A DNA stretch of 64,000 bases from a virus (lineage: Duplodnaviria; Caudoviricetes), in IMG/VR virus record IMGVR_UViG_3300031760_000009, positions 1 to 64,000 of that record; one strand, 5' to 3'. The notes under the pieces are model-generated. The model was not told where the DNA came from. It worked only from the letters and a program-made list of their open reading frames with translations, and did not search any database. The position numbers were made by a program, and so were the translations under genes. Positions within the stretch are counted from its first letter, which is position 1. Each line of letters begins with the position of its first letter. Shown here piece after piece: positions 40,077 to 49,164 of this stretch.

Positions 40077-40927
40077 CTAATGTTTCTTTGCCTTTCTCCG
40101 TGCGGTTTCAAGTTCACGTTCAGTCTTCTTACGCTGTGCAAGAATCCTTACACGGTCTACGGTCATAATTTTCTCGAATAAGCATTGTCTATCCCACTCA
40201 TCTTCAATTTTATACAAATTAAAAATAAAGTCAATAGCACTAAAACTTATGCCGAGAACTTCACCCATACCAGCAACGATTACCTGGTTTGAACATTCCT
40301 GAAACAGTTGCCAAGCATATATATTACTAGCCCATAAATCTGGTTTACCGTATGGACATATTTTATCTTTTGATGGGTCTTCGCATGGTGGAACGTCATT
40401 TTTAACATCCCACCAATAATGCTGACAAGATTCACAATCTGTAGCATTTTCTCGAAAAACCCATTCGGCAAATGCTTTTAGTTTTTTACCTGTTCCTTTT
40501 GAGCAACAATCCCTTTAAAGTTTTCAGGGTCACGAACCTGTTCAAGAATCCAAGTATCAATACCATTACCAGAAGATACAAGTTCTTTTAGATTTTCTTC
40601 GTCAAAATCTATTTCTGTATCAATACCATTTTTCTTTACAACTTCGGGGTCGATTGGCATCTGTGTCTGTAACCATCCAAGAGTAACGCCTTTCCAGCCT
40701 GTTACACAGGTACGGCAGATTTCATCACGCAAAGCTTCATAATCTACAGATTCTTCTTTCTGATGTGTCTTAGGATTAAACTTAGTCTTTGTGAACTGTT
40801 TGTTCAAATCGTTAAGTTTCTTTCTATCGACATATTTTAATGTGAAAGAAATATTTCTGGAATCGTCATAGACGACTTCGGTTTCGTTTACGCTTTTAGC
40901 TTTGATGTCACTAAGATTTAGCTTCAT
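40077..40927 (-). CDS. tail assembly chaperone gpG/gpGT with -1 programmed frameshift
   Basis: ORF 40478-40927 ends GTA AAA AAC TAA (slippery A AAA AAC, 40481-40487); the -1 frame is open (KLKAFAEWVF...) and runs into ORF 40077-40268. Confidence 0.85.
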
Positions 40928-40941
40928 ATCAAATTCTCCTA

Positions 40942-40989
40942 AAATAAAATCTGGTTGCAGTATTAATATACCACAACCAGATTTTATTT
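40942..40989 (-). terminator. intrinsic terminator after tail tube gene
   Basis: aaataaaatctggttg...caaccagattttattt. Confidence 0.7.
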
Positions 40990-41023
40990 GCAACCCAAAT
41001 TTTATTAGGTTTTAGCAAACTTA

Positions 41024-42160
41024 TTATGAACCAGCAACTTCAGTTGGCTGACCTTCAAGTGCAGTTTCAGTTGTATTTACAAATTCTACAATTACATCTG
41101 TACCATCTTGGTCGTCTGAAGTATCATCATCAAAATATTTTGCTTGGAATGTCAGATTTAAATTGATTCCTGAAGGAGAATCGATTGTTGGTGAATCACC
41201 ACCAAGTTTTACACTTGGAAATGTAAATCTAATCTTTTCTTCATTAGGATTTTCAAATACAAACATCAATGAACATTCAAGACCTTTCTGATAAATTCTA
41301 TAAAGGTCTACATCTTCAAAGAACATAGTCCAAGAACCAGTACACTGTCTTGTTCCATATTCAGCAGATGCTCTTTCATCTGAACCAATTACATACCCAT
41401 CGGTTTCAACATTGTTTGTAATTGTAATATTACCATTTGTAATATTACCAAGAAGTTCCCAATGTTCATCTGCGGCAATTTGTGTTGTTCCATCTTGAGC
41501 AATACGTGCAGGACGTTTAATATATACCTTTGCTTGATAACCTGTATAACCATCTTTAAAAGAATATGAAGCAGTTTTACCAGCAAATTCATCTGATGTA
41601 TTTACTTCTTCACCTGTACCTATAAAATTCCAAGTAATATCATGAAATCCTTCCTGAATTATATTCAGTGTCATACTGTTTACACGGCATCCACGATATA
41701 CAAATCTTTGTCCAAGTGATGTAAATTCTTTTTGAATACATAATCCTTCAAGTGTATCGGCTCTACCTTTTAATGTAAGAATCTTTTTAGAAGATTCGTC
41801 ACCAAGAGCAGGTTCATAATTTGCTGTATCACTAGAATCTGTATGGTCTACACCAGTAGTTCTTGATATATCACCATCGCCATTTTTACCCAATAAATGA
41901 TGAAAAAGAACTTCCTGACCTTCTGGTAAAAAGTCTGTTACAATATCACCTTCAACGGCTTTATTACCTTCACCAAGACCTACAACGGTTCTCTTGTCGT
42001 TGATTGTTTCAGACTGGAACTGATTCTTGGTACCGCCAAGAGAACAAGAACGAATATTTAAACCATAAACATTGCCCAAAGGATGGGTTGTATCGAATTT
42101 ATGTTTCCAAACGACTTCCTGGGCAAACTTAACACTGGTCTTTGCACCACTGGCTCTCAT
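41024..42160 (-). CDS. major tail tube protein (non-contractile tail type)
   Basis: Position before chaperones and TMP; YRGCRVNSMTLN, ITITNN, GTRQCTGSWT. Confidence 0.8.
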   Translation of the reverse strand: MRASGAKTSVKFAQEVVWKHKFDTTHPLGNVYGLNIRSCSLGGTKNQFQSETINDKRTVVGLGEGNKAVEGDIVTDFLPEGQEVLFHHLLGKNGDGDISRTTGVDHTDSSDTANYEPALGDESSKKILTLKGRADTLEGLCIQKEFTSLGQRFVYRGCRVNSMTLNIIQEGFHDITWNFIGTGEEVNTSDEFAGKTASYSFKDGYTGYQAKVYIKRPARIAQDGTTQIAADEHWELLGNITNGNITITNNVETDGYVIGSDERASAEYGTRQCTGSWTMFFEDVDLYRIYQKGLECSLMFVFENPNEEKIRFTFPSVKLGGDSPTIDSPSGINLNLTFQAKYFDDDTSDDQDGTDVIVEFVNTTETALEGQPTEVAGS

Positions 42161-42184
42161 ATTATATCTCCTTGTTTAAAAATA

Positions 42185-42709
42185 TTAGAAATCCAAATTG
42201 TCATGTGCCACATAAACTATCTCGAAGTTCATCATGACACCACCATACGGATAAATCATATTATCAACTGGGTATTCCGAGAGTGGAACTATGTAACTGC
42301 ACATATTACCGAGTTCCACGTCTTTAAGTATAGCAGTAAAAACATCTTTTTGCAAAGAGTTCATCAATGTAGACAGATTTTCGCCCTGTTTCTGAACGCA
42401 TACAAAACCTACAATTTGAATTTGAAGCTTGTTTTCAAATCCTCCCCCAACTAGTTGTTGCCATTTATGTGACTTTTCATTAATAATAATCCAGTTGTAC
42501 CCGTTCTTTTTTATATCATCTTGTGTTATATTCTCAAATTGTCTGTCTATATATCCTACATCGTTATTATAATGGTAATTAACGCCTGTAACCTTATCTG
42601 TAAAAGCTACATTCTTTTTCTTAATTGTACCCATCAATTTTTCGATATATGCAAGAATTGTTTCTTTCTTTGATTGGACAATTCCATTTGTACTTTTGGT
42701 TCTAGCCAT
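42185..42709 (-). CDS. tail terminator/completion protein
   Basis: size and synteny, directly upstream of the tail tube. Confidence 0.6.
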   Translation of the reverse strand: MARTKSTNGIVQSKKETILAYIEKLMGTIKKKNVAFTDKVTGVNYHYNNDVGYIDRQFENITQDDIKKNGYNWIIINEKSHKWQQLVGGGFENKLQIQIVGFVCVQKQGENLSTLMNSLQKDVFTAILKDVELGNMCSYIVPLSEYPVDNMIYPYGGVMMNFEIVYVAHDNLDF

Positions 42710-42724
42710 TTTATATACTCCTGA

Positions 42725-45184
42725 TTAGATTTTTTTATAAAGTTCATCAAGTTCTTTTTGATATGATTTAATTCTATTTGCTTGCATCCTATTAATAATA
42801 GGATTTTTAGATGGTTTTTGACTCATTAAATCATCTATCATACGTGATAATTCAGTTATTCGATTTGATATTTTTATAAATTCATCATCAATTTCTTCTT
42901 CAATTTCGGTTTGAACTTCTTCTTTTACTTCTTCAACTGCTGTTTCAACAGCTTCTTTTTTAGCTTCTGTTTTTATAATTTTAACTTCTGGAAGTTTCTT
43001 TTCAAGGTTTTTAGCTTTCTCAGAAACTTCTTCCTTTTTAACTTGAACACCCTGTTTTAAACGTCTTTTTTCTTCTCTTAGTTCGGCATTACGTTTTTCC
43101 AATGCTTTAACACGGTCTTCTCTTTGTGGTGACTGGTCTATATCAGCACGTAATCTTTCAAGTGTATTTATCGTTCTATTTTTTTCTTCAATATTCTTAC
43201 GTTTGATTTCTGCATTTTGTTCATCATGTTCTTCGTGAAATTTTTTATATTTCTGATATTTCTTATTCTTTGGAATAGTTTCCAATGCTTTTTTTCGTTC
43301 GGCTGTAAGCTTTTTACGATTCATCTCCATATATTTTTCTTTTGCTTCAACTCTTAATCGTTCAGTCTTTTCTTCCAATTCTGCTATATAGTCCATCTGT
43401 TCTTTATAATTACCAAGCCATTGCTGGTATTTACGTTTTTCATGTAGTTTTTCATTTATCTTTTTTGTTTTTTCTGTATCAATTCTGTTTGCTTCATTCA
43501 AATCATCAAGTTTCTTCTGTAAGTCTTCCATTGATTTATCAATCATAAGTAATTCTTTACTTATTCTTGTTGATTTTCTTTTACAGCTTGTAATTATATT
43601 TGTATTATTTTTTATTGTACTTTCCAAATTTATTGATTTAAGTTCTTTATTACATCTTATGATTATTTTATTTTCTTTATCTATATCTTTTCTAAGATTA
43701 TCTAAAATAGAATTTGCTTCATTTCTATATTTTTCAATAGTTTCTCTTACAAATGTACGTAATCCTATACCAAAATAACCTTCTGTTGAAGCTTCAATTT
43801 CAACATCATCAGGATAAACTGCACCAACAAATTTACCTGTTTCATCATAAGTCTTACTGTTTTTAACAAGTTCTGCACCAGGAATAGAAATCTTTTTTGA
43901 AGCACTGTGTCTACCTGCATGTGCCACATAAGCATTACGACCACGTTCTGCCATCTCAATAATACCATGCGAACTAAGCATGTAGTTCATTATCTTACGT
44001 GGACCTTTTGGATATTCAACTTCATAATCCATACAGAATTTCTGATTTTCAAACAAACCCCATCCATCACCCTCTTTATCATAATATTCGATATGTTTCG
44101 TTTTCTTATCATAATATAATTTATGTGAGTTTGCATACGTCATAAAAATACGTGGTATTGTAAATCCACCACAAGATTTTTTTATAAAGTTAAAAATCTC
44201 TTTGTATATTTCAAAGTTTCGTTCATTAATCTGACTACTATCACCAACTATTTTAGTTGTTTGTACACTATGTTCTATCAGAACATCACCACGATATATT
44301 GTTGTTTCTATATAATCTTCTTTATCAAGTTCGATTGTTTTCTTAGCAAGCCAACCTGCCTTTTCTTCATTTAATGGTTTCTTTCTTTTCTGTGCTTCTA
44401 ATTTTTCAAGTTCTAATGTATTAACTCTGTTTCTAATATCTATATTGTTATTTTCTGCTTTCTCTCGTTTATCATTAGTTGCTTTCTGTTCTTTTTCCAA
44501 CTTATCTTTCTGTTGTTGATATGTATTTAATTTTGCAGAAAGTCCACGCACCTGTTTTTCATATATACTTGTATCACTACCAAGCAATTTTCTTAGTTCT
44601 GGTGGTATTTTTTCGATTTCTTTTTTATATTCTCCGATTTCTTTTTCCAACTGAACAATTTTATTTGGATAATATTGAACTTTTTTATATACACCAGAGC
44701 CACTGAATCCTTTTTCTTTTAACGAAGCCTTTGCGTTATCCAATTCTTTTTTAGATTCTGTATATTTTGTATATAATGGATTTTTATCTTTATCTGTATA
44801 ACCATATTGTGCTTGTATATCAGTTACTTCATCATGTGCGTGATTAAGCTTATATACAAATTCTCTATATTCTTTTTCCTGTTTTTCTGTTAAAGTAACA
44901 AGACCAGCATTAACATCAATCTTATATGCCTCTTGCAACTGACTATTAATATTTTTTAACTGCTCTTTCTGTGTTAATTTACTCTCTTTGATACTTTTTA
45001 TTATATTTTCATTTGTTTTTAATTCTTTATTAATTTCTTTAATTTTCTTTTTGGCATCATCGTCCAATTTAATAAGTTCTTCTGCCGATTTTTTAACATC
45101 TGATGCATCTTTTGCAACAGGGTTTTTTACGACAGAAGAAACTTTCTTAGTCTTGGAATTTATTTTTTTAACAACTTTAGCCAC
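42725..45184 (-). CDS. 819-aa Lys/Glu-rich coiled-coil protein in the neck module
   Basis: two long coiled-coil arms around a globular core (~aa 295-490). Confidence 0.7.
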   Translation of the reverse strand: MAKVVKKINSKTKKVSSVVKNPVAKDASDVKKSAEELIKLDDDAKKKIKEINKELKTNENIIKSIKESKLTQKEQLKNINSQLQEAYKIDVNAGLVTLTEKQEKEYREFVYKLNHAHDEVTDIQAQYGYTDKDKNPLYTKYTESKKELDNAKASLKEKGFSGSGVYKKVQYYPNKIVQLEKEIGEYKKEIEKIPPELRKLLGSDTSIYEKQVRGLSAKLNTYQQQKDKLEKEQKATNDKREKAENNNIDIRNRVNTLELEKLEAQKRKKPLNEEKAGWLAKKTIELDKEDYIETTIYRGDVLIEHSVQTTKIVGDSSQINERNFEIYKEIFNFIKKSCGGFTIPRIFMTYANSHKLYYDKKTKHIEYYDKEGDGWGLFENQKFCMDYEVEYPKGPRKIMNYMLSSHGIIEMAERGRNAYVAHAGRHSASKKISIPGAELVKNSKTYDETGKFVGAVYPDDVEIEASTEGYFGIGLRTFVRETIEKYRNEANSILDNLRKDIDKENKIIIRCNKELKSINLESTIKNNTNIITSCKRKSTRISKELLMIDKSMEDLQKKLDDLNEANRIDTEKTKKINEKLHEKRKYQQWLGNYKEQMDYIAELEEKTERLRVEAKEKYMEMNRKKLTAERKKALETIPKNKKYQKYKKFHEEHDEQNAEIKRKNIEEKNRTINTLERLRADIDQSPQREDRVKALEKRNAELREEKRRLKQGVQVKKEEVSEKAKNLEKKLPEVKIIKTEAKKEAVETAVEEVKEEVQTEIEEEIDDEFIKISNRITELSRMIDDLMSQKPSKNPIINRMQANRIKSYQKELDELYKKI

Positions 45185-45185
45185 A

Positions 45186-45878
45186 TCAAGCCATCCTATT
45201 TACAATATTCTGTAAGTTCGTAATAATTGCATTATATTCAACTGCTCTTGCAAGCTGACGTTCATCTTTTCTATTAGTTTCAGAAACACCCATACCACGT
45301 CTGTCAAAATAGAAGTTATTGCCGTTATTCGCTTTTAATGCCTGTTTATATTGTCCGTCACGTTCAAAGAACGAGAAAAAGTCAAACAATACAGGTTTAA
45401 ATATTTCAGGTATTTCTTCTATTGTTCGATATGCTTCGTATTCATACGGAATTTCAACACCATCATAATCTGGAGCAGGTAACAGTTCAAAATTACAGTA
45501 ATCTAGCATATTGGCTTCATAAGGAATAATCTTACGCCACAAATGCTTGGTATATAGATTTGTATAAGCCTCCATTACACTAGGCTGTGTAACACTACTA
45601 TCAACCATATTCAGCGTATCTGTACCCAATCCTGTATTTGCAGGATTATGCTGTTTAACGTCCTTATTATAGAATATCTGACGTAACTTGATTATATCTT
45701 CTTCTTCAGCTTTATATCGTTCTTGTCCAGCTACGCTTATAACAAAACCTTGAGAAATCTTTGGATAGGCTTCGCTAATAACACGTACACACTGGTCAAA
45801 ATACACATCATTCGGACTTTCTGTTATATCAACACCATAAATTTCGTTAAATTCTGTTATAAGCGTATCTTTATTCAT
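45186..45878 (-). CDS. head-tail adaptor/neck protein
   Basis: SVAGQERY, LLPAPD, EIPE motifs; synteny. Confidence 0.6.
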   Translation of the reverse strand: MNKDTLITEFNEIYGVDITESPNDVYFDQCVRVISEAYPKISQGFVISVAGQERYKAEEEDIIKLRQIFYNKDVKQHNPANTGLGTDTLNMVDSSVTQPSVMEAYTNLYTKHLWRKIIPYEANMLDYCNFELLPAPDYDGVEIPYEYEAYRTIEEIPEIFKPVLFDFFSFFERDGQYKQALKANNGNNFYFDRRGMGVSETNRKDERQLARAVEYNAIITNLQNIVNRMA

Positions 45879-46374
45879 TTGATTTCCTCTTTCTAATAAT
45901 CAATATTGACATATTACAATGTGTTTTAAAAAAATTCATTTTTGAACTCAGTTGTAATAATCGTTCACATTTACCACAATAAACAACATTAAATGTTTTT
46001 AACACGCTAAATAAATGTTGCATATGATTATAATTTTTATCAACAAATATAATTGTACCATTATCAGCAATTGAATTTATAATATGTTCAATATATTTTA
46101 ACGGATTTTTATAATTACTTATTATATTATAACATTGAATTGCTTCAATATTATGCTGATTATACTTATTTATATCCATATCAAATATATTATCATTAAC
46201 GCAATATTCACCAGCATTATAAACTTTTTGTATATCAACAAAATAGCCTATAACCGAACGATATTCTTCTGATAATATATTTGAATTTGAATCATATATT
46301 TTATTATTATTTTCTACATTATTGATTTCAACAGTATCAATTGAATTATTTTTACGAGTCATATTAAACTCCAA
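45871..46374 (-). CDS. degenerate class I methyltransferase-like protein (paralog of 47413-48057 C-terminus)
   Basis: EAIQCYNII...NGTIIFVD versus EAVHCYNMI...GGKCFIVD. Confidence 0.5.
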   Translation of the reverse strand: MEFNMTRKNNSIDTVEINNVENNNKIYDSNSNILSEEYRSVIGYFVDIQKVYNAGEYCVNDNIFDMDINKYNQHNIEAIQCYNIISNYKNPLKYIEHIINSIADNGTIIFVDKNYNHMQHLFSVLKTFNVVYCGKCERLLQLSSKMNFFKTHCNMSILIIRKRKSNE

Positions 46375-47431
46375 TTAATTTTGTTAATTTATATGATATA
46401 TCATTCAAAACACTTTCTTCATTAAAATGATGAAAACATTTACCAGTCCATTTACATTGACTACCCGTTCCACAACAATGTTCGTTACATCCACAATATG
46501 TTTTCATATCAATATATAAAACAGAATTATCTTTATACAATGGATGATAATTTAATCGTTCTTCTGGTCTTGTAGAACCAAATATACACAATGTAGGTGT
46601 TTTTGTGAAATGTGTTATCCAAAACGCACTACTATCATATGTAATACATGCTTTCATACGTTTAATATTTCCAAATAATTCTTTTACAGTCAATTTTCCA
46701 CAAGAATTAATAATGTTATCAGATTCCCAACCATAATTACAATCAGCATCAAATATCATACATTTATATCCATTTGATACAATTCGACTTGCTATTTTTT
46801 TAACAAATCCAGTATCAAACATTCTAACTTTATTCATCGCACGAATCTGTAATCCGACAACAATATCTTCATCGTCAAACAGAATATTTGAATTATCATC
46901 GTCAAATGACCAATCCAATTTTACTGTTTGTGGAAGTTCAAGAAAATCTTGATATATTTGAACCCTATTTATATAACTATACACACTTCCAATTTCGTGG
47001 TCACGCTCAAGAACATTATTTAATTTCAATATGAAATCATATTTTTCAGGACATTCATTTACAAAATTTATATCTTTAAATATATCATTTATTACATTAT
47101 AATATCTGTTTGTTTGATAATAAACATTTTTAATATTATAAAATTTTTTTAATTGCCGTAACACAGGAATTGCTAATATAACATCACCAAGTCCTGCATC
47201 ACGATGAAACACGACTTTGTTTGCATTTTTTAATATTTTACCATCTAAAAATGGTTTAAATAATTTATCATAATTAATACTATATTTATTTGAAACTGGA
47301 AAAATTGAATTTGATTCGACACGTCCAAATTCGTATAAATTACTCATTGACGGCAATAATATACTCTTTCCAAAATTAATATATTTATCATGTTTAAATT
47401 GCATAATTAGAATTATCCTTTTGTTATCCAT
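46364..47431 (-). CDS. glycosyltransferase family 9 (heptosyltransferase-like)
   Basis: GLGDVILAIPVLRQLK; ITYDSSAFWITH..TPTLCIFGST; Cys-rich tail. Confidence 0.85.
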   Translation of the reverse strand: MDNKRIILIMQFKHDKYINFGKSILLPSMSNLYEFGRVESNSIFPVSNKYSINYDKLFKPFLDGKILKNANKVVFHRDAGLGDVILAIPVLRQLKKFYNIKNVYYQTNRYYNVINDIFKDINFVNECPEKYDFILKLNNVLERDHEIGSVYSYINRVQIYQDFLELPQTVKLDWSFDDDNSNILFDDEDIVVGLQIRAMNKVRMFDTGFVKKIASRIVSNGYKCMIFDADCNYGWESDNIINSCGKLTVKELFGNIKRMKACITYDSSAFWITHFTKTPTLCIFGSTRPEERLNYHPLYKDNSVLYIDMKTYCGCNEHCCGTGSQCKWTGKCFHHFNEESVLNDISYKLTKLIGV

Positions 47432-48057
47432 GCAATAGAAATATTCTTATGGTCGTGCCAGTATTTATGATTGAATAATCTATATCCATAATCACATAAT
47501 CTTACATGCACACCTACCATGTTATTTACAGTATTTCTTAAATCAGCAGAAGTATCTACAATAAAACATTTACCGCCAAGTTTCAATTTTAAAAGAACTT
47601 TCTGAATCATTTCAGGTTTCTGTTCTGAAATCATATTGTAGCAATGTACTGCTTCAAGACTACCATCAGCAACCTTATCAAGTTCGCTGTAATCAAGGGT
47701 CTTGAAACTGCCTACACTATATTTACCTATGGAAACACCATTTTTGACTGGTACAAATTTTCTTGCAAGAACACAGTATTCGTCTGGAAGTACAGTTGGT
47801 GTATTCATTTCCAATTTACTTCCATCTTTCTTTTCAGCAGTAAATTTACCTGTACTTTCGTCATATGAATGTTTTACAGCAGGGTTTTCTACTTTCTTTG
47901 GTTTTATAGGTTCATCTTCATCTAAATCTATACTAATTATTTCATCAGCAACTTCAATAACTGGCTGTGCTGATTCAGTCTTTTCGACTGGTACAACATT
48001 TTCTACCTGATTATTAACTGTCTGTTTTCTTCTTCTTGGAGCCATTTTAATTCTCAA
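47413..48057 (-). CDS. protein with disordered N-terminus and methyltransferase-like C-terminus
   Basis: VADGSLEAVHCYNMI...LKLGGKCFIVD. Confidence 0.55.
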   Translation of the reverse strand: MRIKMAPRRRKQTVNNQVENVVPVEKTESAQPVIEVADEIISIDLDEDEPIKPKKVENPAVKHSYDESTGKFTAEKKDGSKLEMNTPTVLPDEYCVLARKFVPVKNGVSIGKYSVGSFKTLDYSELDKVADGSLEAVHCYNMISEQKPEMIQKVLLKLKLGGKCFIVDTSADLRNTVNNMVGVHVRLCDYGYRLFNHKYWHDHKNISIAWITKG

Positions 48058-49081
48058 CTTTCATAATTTTATCAATATCAGTTGCGATTTCTTCAAGAAC
48101 CTTACCGTAACTGAAATTATTCATACAGATTGCGTGCTTGAGGCAGTAATTGCCAGTACCACCACAATCATATTTACAACCGCAATATTTACGCATATCA
48201 ACACCCAAAGCCTTTCCAAACTTCTTTAAAGGGTGATATTCCATACGTACACATTTCGGTGTAGAACCAGCGATAACAATAGTTGGAACTTTCGCATAAT
48301 GTGAAAACCATAAAGAACCTGTATCTATCGTTATACACATCTTACAGTATTTCATATTGGTAATCGCCTGTTGTACCGTAGTTTTTCCGTGTGCATATAT
48401 GGCATCAATATCTTTCATTACAGGAACATCATCTACAAAGAGAAGTTTATAACCCAAGAAATTCAGATATTTTGCAAGATACCACACAAATGATTCAGAC
48501 AGTTTACGAACAACAGTTGTTGAATACAACGCAAGAAATACAACTTTATCCTTAACAGGGTCGAACAGCATTTTTGATTTGTCTTCTTTGAAAGAGAAAT
48601 CTAATTCCTTTACTTCAGGCAGTCCAAGAAATCTCTGATATAGTGTGAATCTTGGAACATCTGTAAGACCAAGCAACAAACTATGGTCTTGTTCAAGTAA
48701 TCCGTTCTCTCCGTCTATATAATAGTCATATTCTCCATCATATACCTTAACGACTTCCAAATCAGGAAACATATCGGGTTCTATCACGTGTTTTGTCGTT
48801 CCAAATTCAAGTATAACACGGCGTATATTATAATGCTTCTTCATCTGTCGCAAGACAGGAATACACATAAGAATGTCACCTACTGCGTGAAATCGGTTAA
48901 AAACAACGGTATCGGCATTATACAGACAGTTATGGTCGAATACTTCAAAACCAGCTTTAAGATAACTTTCTTCATGCTTGCCATAAAGAACATGATTATG
49001 CTTCACAGTCTTATGTTCAAACAATGCAATTATCTTGTCTGGTATCGGTTTTACACCACCTCTGTTTATATAATAACCCAT
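48047..49081 (-). CDS. glycosyltransferase family 9 (heptosyltransferase-like)
   Basis: AVGDILMCIPVLRQMK; ITIDTGSLWFSH..VPTIVIAGST; Cys-rich tail. Confidence 0.85.
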   Translation of the reverse strand: MGYYINRGGVKPIPDKIIALFEHKTVKHNHVLYGKHEESYLKAGFEVFDHNCLYNADTVVFNRFHAVGDILMCIPVLRQMKKHYNIRRVILEFGTTKHVIEPDMFPDLEVVKVYDGEYDYYIDGENGLLEQDHSLLLGLTDVPRFTLYQRFLGLPEVKELDFSFKEDKSKMLFDPVKDKVVFLALYSTTVVRKLSESFVWYLAKYLNFLGYKLLFVDDVPVMKDIDAIYAHGKTTVQQAITNMKYCKMCITIDTGSLWFSHYAKVPTIVIAGSTPKCVRMEYHPLKKFGKALGVDMRKYCGCKYDCGGTGNYCLKHAICMNNFSYGKVLEEIATDIDKIMKVEN

Positions 49082-49102
49082 TCTCTATGTTCCCCTTATA
49101 TC

Positions 49103-49144
49103 AAAAAGCCCTACGGCTTACTTAATTGTAAACCATAGGGCTTT
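49103..49144 (-). terminator. intrinsic terminator after major capsid gene
   Basis: minus strand aaagccctatgg...ccgtagggcttttt. Confidence 0.7.
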
Positions 49145-49164
49145 GTTTAGTCAACCATCAATTA

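Noticed and set aside
40280-40471. 63-aa ORF between the chaperone ORFs
   Set aside because: Wrong frame; the -1 frameshift frame through this region explains the coding
17685-45215. Many 60-150-aa antisense or alternate-frame ORFs inside the tail genes
   Set aside because: Low-complexity shadows of long AT-rich genes, without RBS or motifs
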